From NCBI GenBank assembly GCA_031367385.1, contig JANLPS010000311.1, positions 1-28,640 on the forward strand: a stretch of 28,640 nucleotides of DNA, in the 5' to 3' direction. Both the position numbers and the translations under genes were made by a program. The number at the start of each line of letters is the position of its first letter. Positions within the stretch are counted from its first letter, which is position 1. The DNA comes from Archangium sp. (lineage in GTDB: Bacteria; Myxococcota; Myxococcia; Myxococcales; Myxococcaceae). Below, in pieces: positions 16,694 through 25,981 of the stretch. The notes beneath the pieces were generated by a model. That model saw only the letters and a list, made by a program, of their open reading frames with translations, made no database searches and had not been told where the DNA came from.

Positions 16694-17506
16694 ATGAACG
16701 CGTGGCAGACTGGCGCGGTGGGCGCACTTCGCGGGCACTTTCGCCGGCTGATCAAGCACCTGGGGTGGATCAGCCTCGCCGTCACGGGTGCGATGGTGTG
16801 CCGGCACGTCTTGCCGCTCGACATGTTGCGCTCGGCCAATGAGCTTGGTGGCAGCTTCTTGCAAACCTTCGGCGGCATGTATGGCGTGATCGTCGCCTTC
16901 GCGATCTACGTCACCTGGGGCCAGATGAACGAGACGCAGGTCGCGATCGAACGGGAGGCGGTCACCCTGCTCGAGCTGTATCGAATTCTTGGCTGGTTCA
17001 CGACCTGGCTCGAGCGCGACACGGTGCGCACCCGGCTCATCGAATACGCGACGGCGGTGCCACGCGCCCACAGCCGCACCGCGACCCAGGAGAAGTTCGA
17101 CGAGCACCGGGTCATCGACGCGTCGATGGCGAAGTTCTTGAACCACGCTCCCGGCTCGGCCAGTGAAGAGCGGCTGCACAGCCGGGCGCTCGACCTGTTT
17201 CACGAGCTCAACGAGTGCCGTGAGCACCGAGTGACGGTTTCGAGCCTGACCTTACCGCTGGGCATGCGCTGGTTCGTCTTCATCGGAGGCGCCATCACGG
17301 TGGCCTCGATGTTTCTGGTCTGGGTCGACTCGGCGATGATTCAAGCGCTGTTCACCGCGGGCATGACCTGGGTGGTCGTCGCCGCGGCATCGATCGTGGT
17401 CGACCTCGATGACCCCTACACCGGCGACTTCGTCGTCAACTGGAAGCGCTTCAACGAGACCGCCCGGCTGATGGAGCTGGTGCACTGCCCGACTTCGCCA
17501 ACCTGA
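16694..17506 (+). CDS. DUF4239-like (bestrophin-like) membrane protein
   Basis: Motifs FLQTFGGMYGVIVAFAIYVTW, AIEREA..LYR, ECREHRV and IVVDLDDPYTG; about four TM segments. Likely start ATG 16694. Confidence 0.78.
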   Translation: MNAWQTGAVGALRGHFRRLIKHLGWISLAVTGAMVCRHVLPLDMLRSANELGGSFLQTFGGMYGVIVAFAIYVTWGQMNETQVAIEREAVTLLELYRILGWFTTWLERDTVRTRLIEYATAVPRAHSRTATQEKFDEHRVIDASMAKFLNHAPGSASEERLHSRALDLFHELNECREHRVTVSSLTLPLGMRWFVFIGGAITVASMFLVWVDSAMIQALFTAGMTWVVVAAASIVVDLDDPYTGDFVVNWKRFNETARLMELVHCPTSPT

Positions 17507-17507
17507 C

Positions 17508-18920
17508 TCAAGGCGCCATGGGCAAGCGCGCCAGCGGCTCTTTGAGCTCGGCCAGTGCGTAGAGCAGCACGGCGAGCACGGCCACGTGGCGGCGCAGCGC
17601 TTCGGGCTCGACCTTGTCGAGCGTGTCGGCCGCGGTGTGGTGGTAGTCGAAGTACGAGCGGGTATCGAGGTAGGGCTCGAAGCCGGGCACTCCGCCTTTG
17701 TCTTGCAGGTCTTCAATGTCGGTGCCGATGGAGTGGTCGACGTGCTTGAGCACCGTCGCCTTGAGGGGCTTGAGCGCGAGCATCACCGGCTGCAGCCGCT
17801 TGAGTGAGTCAGCGGTCACGTTGGCGAGAATACCCAGTGGGGCGCCTCCGCCGGAGTCTGACTCAATGGCCGCGACGTGGGTTTTCAAGCGCGCGGTGTT
17901 GGCTTCGAAGTACGCGTCGCCACCGCGAACGCCATTCTCTTCGTTCATGAAGGCGACCGCGCGAATGGTTCGGCGCGGCTGAATGCCGAGTGATTTGAGC
18001 ACTTGCACCGCGGCCATCGCGGCCATCACCCCCGCGCCGTCGTCGAGCGCGCCGGTGCCGAGGTCCCACGAGTCGAGGTGGCCAGAGATGACCACCACCT
18101 CGTCATTCTTCTCGCGGCCCTTCAGGTCGGCCACCACGTTGGCGCTCTCGACCTCGGGCAGCGTCTGCGGTGTCAGCGTCAGCTTCATCGTGACCGGGCC
18201 CTGGGCCGAGAGCCGGTCGATCAGCTCAGCGTCTTCGGCGGTGACCGCCGCGGCAGGCACATTGACGCCTCCGTCGGAGGCTCCCGCGCTCATGCCGGTG
18301 TGAGGCAGGCGAAAGGTGGCGCCGCCGACCGAACGAACCAGGGCCGCGACCGCTCCGGTGGCGGTGATGTGGCGGGGGCCTCGATACCGCGACGAATTCG
18401 ACTGTGAGTACGCCGCGCCCGATTCACCGTTCATGGCGAGGTTTTCGTCGAAGGGCGTGTCGAGCAACACGATTTTGCCCTTCGCGTCGGCCTGGCGCGC
18501 CTCGAGCTCGGCGACGCTGTGAACGACGAGCACCTGCGCGCTGAGCCCGGTGGCGGGCGTCGAGGTGGAGTTGCCGAGCGCCGTGAGGTGAATGACCTGG
18601 GTGAGGCCCTTCGGGCGCCCGGGGTACTCGACCAGCTCGGCGCGCTCTTCACCGCGAACCCAGTGAGGCACCTTGACGGGCTGCAGGCTCACGGCGAGGC
18701 CCACTTGCTTCATCGTCGCCGCGACCTGAGCGACAGCGGCTTCGGCGCCGGGTGACCCTGAGAGCCGCGGGCCTACCTTGTCGGTGAGCTCGGCGAGGTG
18801 CTGGTAGGCCCAGTCGCTCTTCATCGCGGCGTCGCGAATGCGGGCAAGTACGGCCGCGTCGAGCTCGGCCGGAGCAGCCGCGGGGCCTGCGAGAAGCGCC
18901 ATCAACACGATTGAATGCAT
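17508..18920 (-). CDS. Secreted M28-family metallopeptidase with PA insert (carboxypeptidase Q-like)
   Basis: Signal peptide; VGPRLSGS; PHTG; zinc-ligand motifs GHLDSWD, GALDDGAG, NEENG, ESDSG and YHHTAADT. Confidence 0.92.
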   Translation of the reverse strand: MHSIVLMALLAGPAAAPAELDAAVLARIRDAAMKSDWAYQHLAELTDKVGPRLSGSPGAEAAVAQVAATMKQVGLAVSLQPVKVPHWVRGEERAELVEYPGRPKGLTQVIHLTALGNSTSTPATGLSAQVLVVHSVAELEARQADAKGKIVLLDTPFDENLAMNGESGAAYSQSNSSRYRGPRHITATGAVAALVRSVGGATFRLPHTGMSAGASDGGVNVPAAAVTAEDAELIDRLSAQGPVTMKLTLTPQTLPEVESANVVADLKGREKNDEVVVISGHLDSWDLGTGALDDGAGVMAAMAAVQVLKSLGIQPRRTIRAVAFMNEENGVRGGDAYFEANTARLKTHVAAIESDSGGGAPLGILANVTADSLKRLQPVMLALKPLKATVLKHVDHSIGTDIEDLQDKGGVPGFEPYLDTRSYFDYHHTAADTLDKVEPEALRRHVAVLAVLLYALAELKEPLARLPMAP

Positions 18921-18971
18921 CGGCGCGACCTACGGGCCTGGGAGCTCGAATGCAACCTCGCTCACCGCGCG

Positions 18972-19400
18972 TCAGCCTTGAGAGAGGCGCTCGAGACACG
19001 CACGCAAATGACCCGGTATTTCAACCGGTTTTCGGGTCTGACGGTCGACGAAGACGTGCACGAAAAACCCGTGCGCGCACAGGGTGTCGCCTCGAAAAAC
19101 ACCCAGCTCGTAGCGAACGCTCGAGCGGCCCAGGTGCGCCACCCGAAGGCCTCCCTCGAGCGCCTCGGGGTACGCGGCAGCGCTCACGTACTGGCACCCC
19201 GACTCGACGCAGACCCCGATGACCGGCCCCGCCGCGACGTCGAGCCCGCCCTCGGCCGTGAGCCACGCGTTGATCAAGGTGTCGAAGTACGCGTAGTAGA
19301 CGACGTTGTTCACGTGCCCGTACGCGTCGTTGTCGGCCCAGCGGGTCTGAATCGGCGACCGGTGCGGGTAGCGCCCACGCGTCGGCAGGTCGGTGGTCAT
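18972..19400 (-). CDS. Acyl-CoA thioesterase (4HBT/YbgC hot-dog fold)
   Basis: Motifs TRWADNDAYGHVNNVVYYAYFD, LGRSSVRYE and FVHVFVDR. Confidence 0.93.
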   Translation of the reverse strand: MTTDLPTRGRYPHRSPIQTRWADNDAYGHVNNVVYYAYFDTLINAWLTAEGGLDVAAGPVIGVCVESGCQYVSAAAYPEALEGGLRVAHLGRSSVRYELGVFRGDTLCAHGFFVHVFVDRQTRKPVEIPGHLRACLERLSQG

Positions 19401-19410
19401 GCGCTGGAGC

Positions 19411-20664
19411 CTATAGCGGGGCAGCCGCCGGCTTCGCCTCTTGCTCGCAGGGCATTCGCACGATGAAGGTGGTGCCTTCGCCGACGTTGCTCTCCACTTC
19501 GATGCTGCCGCCCAGCTTTGAAACCACCATCGCGCACACCGACAAGCCCAACCCGGTGCCCACGCCCACCGGCTTGGTGGTGAAGAACGGCTCGAAAATG
19601 CGGCGCTGAATCTCGTCGGGTATGCCGCACCCGGTGTCGGAGACCTCGAGCACCACGGTCTCTCCTTCGGTTCGGGTGCAGACGCGAATCACATGCCTGC
19701 CCAGGTCGAGCGGCTTGGCTTCGATGGCGTGCATCGCGTTGACGAGCAGGTTCAGCGTCAGCTGATGCAGCTTCTGTTTCGGAGCCCGAAACGGCGCGAA
19801 CCCCAGCTCTCGCACCAGCGTGGCCTTGGCGCTCAGCTCTCGCTCGGTGAGCAGCAACGTCGAGCGCGCCACTTCGGCGAAGTCGACCACCTCGAGCTGA
19901 TCATCGTCGACCCGAGAGAACGTCTTGAGCTCTTGCACGATTGAGCGAACCCGCTTACCGCCCATCACCGTCTCATCGAGCAACGGCGCCACGTCGCTGA
20001 GCACGCTCTCGAGGCCCACCTCTTCTTCCGCGGCTCGGCCCAGCGCGGCGCTCTGCCGGTAGGCCTCGACCACGCTGCGCAGGTCAGAGAAATAGCCGCG
20101 CAGGCTGTCGAGGTTCGACAAGATGAACGAGAGCGGGTTGTTGATTTCATGCGCGACGCCCGCGGCGACCTGGCCGATGGCGGCCAGTTTTTCGGCGTGC
20201 GCGATGTGGGTGAGCAAGGTGCGCTCGCGCTCCGCGTCGGCCAAGCGCAGCAGGTTCTTCACCCGCGCCGAGAGCACCCGCCGTGAAATCGGTTTGTGGA
20301 GGTACTCGTCGCCGCCCACGTCGAGGCCTCGGTACTCGCGCTCCTCGTCGGCCGCGTCGGCGGTCAAGAAGATGATCGGCAACCGGGAGTGCTGCGCATC
20401 GCAGCGAATTCTGCGACAGGTCTCGATGCCTCCCAGGCCTGGCATGCGCACATCGAGCACCATCAGGTCGATGCCGCCTTTGGCCAGGCGCTCGAGGGCA
20501 GCCTCGCCTGACTCGACGCACTCCACCTCGTAGCCGTCGACCGAGAGGTACCCGTGCAATACCTTCAGGTTTCTCGGCTCATCATCGACCGCCAGCACTA
20601 CCCGGCGTGAGGCTGGGGGCGGCGCAAGCACCTCGTCCGCAGCGAAATCGTATCGGCCCTTCAC
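19411..20664 (-). CDS. Hybrid kinase: N-terminal receiver plus HisKA-HATPase
   Basis: REC motifs VLAVDDE, VLDVRMPGLGG, IIFLTA and YLHKP. H-box GVAHEINNP, NLLVNA, DTGCG, FEPFFTTK and GTGLGL. Confidence 0.93.
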   Translation of the reverse strand: MKGRYDFAADEVLAPPPASRRVVLAVDDEPRNLKVLHGYLSVDGYEVECVESGEAALERLAKGGIDLMVLDVRMPGLGGIETCRRIRCDAQHSRLPIIFLTADAADEEREYRGLDVGGDEYLHKPISRRVLSARVKNLLRLADAERERTLLTHIAHAEKLAAIGQVAAGVAHEINNPLSFILSNLDSLRGYFSDLRSVVEAYRQSAALGRAAEEEVGLESVLSDVAPLLDETVMGGKRVRSIVQELKTFSRVDDDQLEVVDFAEVARSTLLLTERELSAKATLVRELGFAPFRAPKQKLHQLTLNLLVNAMHAIEAKPLDLGRHVIRVCTRTEGETVVLEVSDTGCGIPDEIQRRIFEPFFTTKPVGVGTGLGLSVCAMVVSKLGGSIEVESNVGEGTTFIVRMPCEQEAKPAAAPL

Positions 20665-22109
20665 GCGGCGCTCCGCTGCGGCACGTTGGCCATCTTCGAG
20701 ATGAGCGCGACCAGCTCAGGCGTCGACATCGTGCCCTTGAGCACCACCTTCACCCGTGGGCCCATCGCCTCGAGCCGGGCATCGGGCTGGTGCCCGGTGA
20801 ACACCAACACCTGCACGTGCTCGTGGCCCCGCAAGGTCAGCAGGCGGTCGATGACCGAGTAGCCATCGAGCTCGGGCATCATCAAGTCGAGCACCAGCAC
20901 CGCGGGTAATCGCTCCACCAACGCCTCGACGGTGCGTTGCCCATTGGGCACGGTGCGCACCGAGAAGCCACTGGCCGCGAGCACCCGGCCCATCAAGACC
21001 CGTGTCGCCTCGTCGTCTTCGGCGACGATCACCTCAGGCCCCGTGGCCCCTGGCATGGAGATGACTCTGCGAATCGCGCTCTCTTCGAGCACGGGGAGCT
21101 CGACCCGAAAGGTCGAACCCGCTCCCACTTCGCTGGTCAGTGAGATGGTGCCGTTCATCGGCTCGAGCAACCGCGAGACCAGCGCCAGGCCCAGCCCGGT
21201 GCCTTCGATGATCGGGTTCTCTGCTTCGAGCTGGTGAAAGGCCTCGAAGATGCGCTCGTGGTGCTCTTTGGCGATGCCGATGCCAGTGTCTTGCACTTCG
21301 AGGCAGACCCGGCCGTCATTGGCGGCCATGCGCACCTCGACCCGGCCTCCCCGCGGCGTGAACTTCACCGCGTTCGCCAGCAGGTTGATCGCCACTTGAC
21401 GCAGCCGGAGCGCATCGCCGCACACCCGAATCGTGTCGTCGAGGGCGCTCGAGCAAGAGACCCCCTTTTTCGCCGCGAGCGGCTCGACCATCTCGAGCGC
21501 CTCGCGAACGCACACGGCGAGCTCGACCCGGTCTTGCCGCAAGGTCATGCGCCCCGCTTCGATCTTCGAGAGGTCGAGAATGTCGTTGATCAACGTGAGC
21601 AGGTGCCGCCCCGCAGAGCGAATGTCGTGCAGCGGGTCTTGCTGGCTCAGGCTCAGTGGGCCGTGCAAGCCTTCGAGCAGCAGATCAGAGAAGCCGATGA
21701 TCGCGTTGAGCGGCGTTCGCAGCTCGTGCGACATGCTCGCCAAGAACTGGCTCTTGAGCTGATTGGCGCGGGCCAGCTCGCGGTTCTTCTCTTCGAGCAA
21801 CATGTTTTGTTGGGTCAGCTGCCGTTGCTGTTCAAGAACGCGAAGGGCCTGCGCTTCGACATCGGCTTCGCGTGAGGTCGTCTCCAGTCGCCGGTATTCG
21901 ATTTCACGCTGCAGCACCTGCACCCGTTCGCGCCAGATCAACCCAGCGAGCACCAGGCCGATGAGGCCCACGAGTGTGGTGGCGAGGTGGGGGCCAACCG
22001 ATGACCAGGTCAGGGCTCCAATGAGCGCGGTAGCGGCCACGAGCAGGGGCAGCTCCGCTCGTACCTTTGATGACACTCCACGACGCGATGAGGTGAACAC
22101 GGAGCTCAC
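20661..22109 (-). CDS. Membrane-anchored hybrid histidine kinase (HisKA-HATPase-REC)
   Basis: Two short N-terminal hydrophobic segments and a coiled coil. KSQFLASMSHELRTPLN, NLLANAVKFT, DTGIG and GTGLGL. C-terminal REC (AEDD, VLDLMMP, VFT, LK). Exact start uncertain. Confidence 0.92.
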   Translation of the reverse strand: MSSVFTSSRRGVSSKVRAELPLLVAATALIGALTWSSVGPHLATTLVGLIGLVLAGLIWRERVQVLQREIEYRRLETTSREADVEAQALRVLEQQRQLTQQNMLLEEKNRELARANQLKSQFLASMSHELRTPLNAIIGFSDLLLEGLHGPLSLSQQDPLHDIRSAGRHLLTLINDILDLSKIEAGRMTLRQDRVELAVCVREALEMVEPLAAKKGVSCSSALDDTIRVCGDALRLRQVAINLLANAVKFTPRGGRVEVRMAANDGRVCLEVQDTGIGIAKEHHERIFEAFHQLEAENPIIEGTGLGLALVSRLLEPMNGTISLTSEVGAGSTFRVELPVLEESAIRRVISMPGATGPEVIVAEDDEATRVLMGRVLAASGFSVRTVPNGQRTVEALVERLPAVLVLDLMMPELDGYSVIDRLLTLRGHEHVQVLVFTGHQPDARLEAMGPRVKVVLKGTMSTPELVALISKMANVPQRSAA

Positions 22110-22194
22110 CCGTTGCTGCTGCGATGCCAGCGTGATCTGCCCGAACTTCGTGGGCCCGGCAGGGGTCAGGAGCCTGACCTGGGTGGCGGCAGAC

Positions 22195-23277
22195 TCAGAG
22201 GGCGCTGGCGAGCGGGCCCTTGAATGCCTCTTTCAGACGCTTGCTGGCGAGCGCTTGGGCGTCTTTGGCGTCATCAACCACCGCCGCCATGCCGAAGAAC
22301 TCGTGGGTCACCCCTTCGTAGAGCGTGTGCTCGACTTTCACATTGGCTTTCTTCAGCGCCGCCTCGAGCAAGTCGCCGTCACTGCGAAGAGGGTCAATCT
22401 GCGCGTTGATCAGCGTCACCGCCGGCAGGCCCTTCAAATCGGCGTTGATCAGCGCGATTCGTGGGTCGCTCTTGTCGCTGTCTTTGGCGAAGACCTGCTT
22501 GGCGAACCACTGCATCATCGCCTTGTTGAGCGGCTTGGCGTTCGCAGAGTCGACGTACGACGGAGTCGCCATGTTGGTCGCTTGAGCGATTGGGTACACC
22601 GCGACGATGTGCAGCGGAGCGGTGAGGTGCTGATCTCGGGCTGCGATGGCGGTCGCCAAAGCCAGGTTGCCTCCGGCGCTCTCGCCGGCCAGCGCCACTC
22701 GCTTCGGGTCGCCATTGAATGAGGCGGTGTTGGCCAATGCCCATTTGTAGGTCGCCAGCGCATCATCATGCTGCGCGGGAAACTTTGCTTCTGGTGCGAG
22801 CCGGTAGTCGACCGAGATGACGATCGCCTCGGCGCCCTTGCTCAGACCTCTCGCGCCCCCGTCGTAGACACCCTTGTCGGCGAGCACCCAACCGCCCCCG
22901 TGAAAATACACGACCACCGGAAAGGGGCCCTTGCCCGCCGGAGTGTAGATGCGAACTGGCAGCGGCCCCGCGGCACCGGGCAGGGTCTTGTCGACGCTGG
23001 TGACGCCCGGCACCAGCTCAGTCGGGGCGGTGCGCTTGCCCTGCTTTTTCAAGATCGCCATCACCGCGTCAGTGGGGGTCGGTTGCTTTCGAGCCTCGGC
23101 CGGTTCGAGCGTCTCGATCGGTTTGCCGCCGAGCCCGGTCAGCGTCGTCAGCACCTCCTTCATGTCTCCATCGGCTTTGAACGCGGTGCCTGTCTCGGGC
23201 GACATCGGCTTGTCGGCCGCCAACACGGGCGCTGCAACCATCGAGGCCGCCATCACGACTGAACGCAGAGTTTTCAT
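22195..23277 (-). CDS. Secreted alpha/beta hydrolase (GDXG/HSL-family lipase/esterase)
   Basis: Motifs YFHGGGWV, VDYRLAPE, nucleophile GESAGG, DPLRSDG and HEFF. Signal-like N-terminus from ATG 23277. Confidence 0.93.
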   Translation of the reverse strand: MKTLRSVVMAASMVAAPVLAADKPMSPETGTAFKADGDMKEVLTTLTGLGGKPIETLEPAEARKQPTPTDAVMAILKKQGKRTAPTELVPGVTSVDKTLPGAAGPLPVRIYTPAGKGPFPVVVYFHGGGWVLADKGVYDGGARGLSKGAEAIVISVDYRLAPEAKFPAQHDDALATYKWALANTASFNGDPKRVALAGESAGGNLALATAIAARDQHLTAPLHIVAVYPIAQATNMATPSYVDSANAKPLNKAMMQWFAKQVFAKDSDKSDPRIALINADLKGLPAVTLINAQIDPLRSDGDLLEAALKKANVKVEHTLYEGVTHEFFGMAAVVDDAKDAQALASKRLKEAFKGPLASAL

Positions 23278-23289
23278 ATCGGCGGCTTC

Positions 23290-23305
23290 AGCATCAAGCG
23301 TGCCT
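23290..23305 (-). promoter_or_regulatory. Putative sigma54 promoter of the esterase gene
   Basis: AGGCACGcttgATGCT versus consensus TGGCACG-N4-TTGCW; GG-N10-GC spacing is exact. Confidence 0.4.
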
Positions 23306-23395
23306 CGACTGAGCCCCGCTCGACCCCTCACGAACTTGCCGCAGTGTGGCTGCCCTGCGCCGTACCGGGCACACCATCGCCCCGCGATGGGCCCC

Positions 23396-23411
23396 CGGAG
23401 CGCGCTTTGCA
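23396..23411 (+). promoter_or_regulatory. Putative sigma54 promoter of the general stress protein gene
   Basis: CGGAGCGcgctTTGCA; GG-N10-GC spacing is exact and the -12 box is perfect. Confidence 0.35.
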
Positions 23412-23426
23412 ATCGCCGCGGTCACC

Positions 23427-23930
23427 ATGAGCGATACCCGAAACCTGTCGAATGCCGAGGCGGTCGAGAAGCTGAAACACATCGCCCGCGGCGAGACCGC
23501 GATGTTCTGCACGTTCAACAATGATCGCTCGATGGCGACGAGGCCGATGGCGACCCTCGACGTGGGCGACGATGGCACGCTCTGGTTTTTCAGCGGCCGC
23601 ACCAGCAAGAAGAATGAGGCGATCGCGACGAACCCCCAAGTGCAGCTGATCTACTCCGTGCCGGGCAAATCTGAATACATGATGCTCAATGGCATCGCGA
23701 CCATCAGCCGAGACCGCCAGAAGATCGACCAGTATTGGAACGTGTGGGCCAAGAACTGGTTTCCCGATGGCAAAGGCGACCCCGAGCTGACCGTGATCAT
23801 GGTGACGGCGTTCGCCGGCCACTACTGGGACACCAAGAGCAACCGCATGATTCAGATGGCCAAGGTCGCCGTGGGCGCGATCATCGGCAAGACGCTCGAA
23901 GACGGCGTCGAAGGCAAGCTCACCGTTTGA
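23427..23930 (+). CDS. General stress protein 26 / pyridoxamine 5'-phosphate oxidase-like FMN-binding split barrel
   Basis: Motifs AMFCT, ATRPMAT, GTLWFF, NPQVQLIY, YWNVWAKNWFPDGKGDP and GHYWD. Confidence 0.88.
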   Translation: MSDTRNLSNAEAVEKLKHIARGETAMFCTFNNDRSMATRPMATLDVGDDGTLWFFSGRTSKKNEAIATNPQVQLIYSVPGKSEYMMLNGIATISRDRQKIDQYWNVWAKNWFPDGKGDPELTVIMVTAFAGHYWDTKSNRMIQMAKVAVGAIIGKTLEDGVEGKLTV

Positions 23931-24447
23931 AGACGGCGGTCAGCGCCGCGAGAAAGATGAGAAAGAACGTCACCTTGAGCAGGTACGAGCTCACCGTGAA
24001 CGGCATGATCACCGAGGCGGCAGCGACGGCACCTCCGATCAGCCGCCGGGTCATCACGTCGGCGTCTCGGGCTTTTCGAGCCTCTGCCAGAATGGCTTCA
24101 GCCTGCTCATTGGCGCGCTCGCGCATCGCGGCATCGCGGTTCTCTTTCGAGACCTCGAGCTCGGTGTCTTTCGCCAGCCTTCGCGTCTCGACCAACTGCC
24201 GGTTGTGGGCCACGGCTTCTGGCGCCGTCAATGAAGCGCCGCAGTGAATACACTTCGCGTCCCACTTGCTCGACTCGAGCTGACAGCTCGGGCACTGCAG
24301 CATCGGCAGCTCGGTCAGCGGGTCGGAGTCGAGCTTGAGGCTGGTGGCGCCGTCTTCTTCGAAGCGGCTGAGCCCTGACTCACCACTCGTCGCCGTCACC
24401 GGCTTGGCTTCTTCGAGCTTGTCGAAGCGCGAATCACGCGAGGTCAT
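23920..24447 (-). CDS. Hypothetical protein with zinc ribbon and two C-terminal TM helices
   Basis: CPSC-x10-CIHCG, a charged helical segment and a hydrophobic C-terminus. ATG 24447 overlaps the upstream AAA stop (ATGA). Confidence 0.72.
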   Translation of the reverse strand: MTSRDSRFDKLEEAKPVTATSGESGLSRFEEDGATSLKLDSDPLTELPMLQCPSCQLESSKWDAKCIHCGASLTAPEAVAHNRQLVETRRLAKDTELEVSKENRDAAMRERANEQAEAILAEARKARDADVMTRRLIGGAVAAASVIMPFTVSSYLLKVTFFLIFLAALTAVFKR

Positions 24448-25949
24448 GAAGCGGGTCGCGTACGGCGTTTGGCCCAATCACGCAACCGGTTGATGTCTTC
24501 GGCCATCGTGACCGCAAGGGGCAGCGTGTCGGAGATCGCCTGCAGCACATGCGCGGCCGTGAGCTGGGCGCCTCCGGCAAAGGCGTCGTACATCGCGGAG
24601 ACCAGCACCTGCTCTATCTCAGCGCCGCTGAAGTCGACGCTCGCGCGGGCAAAGTCTTTGAGCGGAAATTCGGTGGGCACGCGGCCGCGCTTGGTCAACT
24701 GAATGTGAAAGATGTCAGTGCGCTCGGCTTCGGTCGGCAGATCGATGAAGAAGATCTCATCGAAGCGGCCCTTGCGCAGCAGCTCGGGGGGCAACCCGTC
24801 GATGCGGTTGGCCGTGCACACCACGAAGACCGGAGACGTCTTCTCTTGCAGCCAGGTCAGCATGGTGCCGAACACCCGCGCCGACACCCCGGAGTCGGAC
24901 TGGCCGCCCGATGAGCCGGCGAGCCCTTTTTCGATCTCGTCGATCCACAGAACGACGGGGGCGAGGCTCTCGACCACCCGAATCGCGCGGCGCAGGTTTT
25001 CTTCTGAGGCCCCGATGTACCCGCTGTAAATGCGGCCCATGTCGAGGCGCACCAGGGGCAGCCGCCAGCTGGTGGCGATTGACTTGGCGGTCAGGCTCTT
25101 GCCGCAACCCTGAACACCGAGCAGCAGCAGACCCTTGGGCTCGGGTAACCCGAAGGCGCGAGCCGCCTCTGAGAACGCGCCCTGACGCCCCGCGAGCCAC
25201 TTCTTGAGGTGCTTGAGCCCGCCCACCTCGGCGAGCGTCTGATCAGTCGCGAAGTACTCGAGCAGGCCGCTCTTGCGCACGACCTGTGACTTTTCTTCGA
25301 GAATCAGGCGCACGTCGTTGCCGTCGAGGCGCGCGTCTTGGGCGATGGCCTTGGCGAACGCGTTCTCGGCCTCGGCCAGGGTGAGCCCGTGGGCCGCTGA
25401 GACGAGCTGATCAGCCTGATCTCGGTTGAGCTCGACCACCGCGCGCTTGTTCTTGGTGACCACCCGAATGATGTCTTTGAGCAGGTTCATCAGGTCGGCC
25501 TTGCTCGGCAAGGGCACGTCGATGACCGAGACGTCTTTCTCGAGCTCCTCGGGTATTTTGAGGGTCGGAGCGACCACGATCGCAGTGGTGAAGGCACTCT
25601 TGAGCGCGAAGCCCAGCTCACGCAGCGCGCGCACCGTCACCGGGTCTTCGAAGTGCCGGTGAAAATCTTTGAGCAGCACGATGCTGGGGTTCGGCATTCG
25701 CGCGATCGCGTGCAGCGCGGCGACCGGCTCTCGCGTCTCGTCGCCCTGAGGCCCTTTCATGGTGCCGACCAGCGCCTTGAGGCCTTTGGTCGACGTCCAT
25801 TCGATCAGGTCTTTGCCGTGCGCCTTGGCGATGTCGGCGACCAGCGTGTCGACGCGCTGCTCTTCCCACGTGACGAGGTAGATGAGCGGGTACCGCGCCC
25901 GAATCAGCGTGTCGAGGTCGCGCAAAAACCGAGGCATTTCACCGGCCAT
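24444..25949 (-). CDS. AAA+ ATPase, Ycf46-like
   Basis: [18 protein letters not shown]; degenerate first domain (LLKDFH); [11 protein letters not shown]; Walker A GVQGCGKS; Walker [29 protein letters not shown]-terminal LRDWA..R.RPAS. Confidence 0.92.
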   Translation of the reverse strand: MAGEMPRFLRDLDTLIRARYPLIYLVTWEEQRVDTLVADIAKAHGKDLIEWTSTKGLKALVGTMKGPQGDETREPVAALHAIARMPNPSIVLLKDFHRHFEDPVTVRALRELGFALKSAFTTAIVVAPTLKIPEELEKDVSVIDVPLPSKADLMNLLKDIIRVVTKNKRAVVELNRDQADQLVSAAHGLTLAEAENAFAKAIAQDARLDGNDVRLILEEKSQVVRKSGLLEYFATDQTLAEVGGLKHLKKWLAGRQGAFSEAARAFGLPEPKGLLLLGVQGCGKSLTAKSIATSWRLPLVRLDMGRIYSGYIGASEENLRRAIRVVESLAPVVLWIDEIEKGLAGSSGGQSDSGVSARVFGTMLTWLQEKTSPVFVVCTANRIDGLPPELLRKGRFDEIFFIDLPTEAERTDIFHIQLTKRGRVPTEFPLKDFARASVDFSGAEIEQVLVSAMYDAFAGGAQLTAAHVLQAISDTLPLAVTMAEDINRLRDWAKRRTRPAS

Positions 25950-25955
25950 GCCTTG

Positions 25956-25974
25956 AGTCTAGCCCTGGTATAGG
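25956..25974. promoter_or_regulatory. Back-to-back -10 elements of two putative leaderless divergent genes
   Basis: The gap is only 32 nt. Minus strand TAGACT-6 nt-ATG (AAA gene); plus strand TGgTATAGG-7 nt-ATG. No SD on either side. Confidence 0.5.
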
Positions 25975-25981
25975 CCCCGGC

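Noticed and set aside
16271..16878. Apparent 600-nt head-to-head overlap of ORFs 15142..16878 and 16271..17506
   Set aside because: Both N-terminal extensions look non-protein-like. Starts at 16602 (GTG) and 16694 (ATG) remove the overlap and leave a normal divergent gap.
22114..22129. Sigma54-like TGGCATCGCAGCAGCA upstream of the membrane kinase
   Set aside because: Lacks the TT of the -12 box and would place the TSS downstream of the GTG start; too weak to call.
22164..22179. GGTCAG-gagc-CTGACC hairpin after the esterase stop
   Set aside because: Short stem with no U-tract; expected by chance at this GC content.
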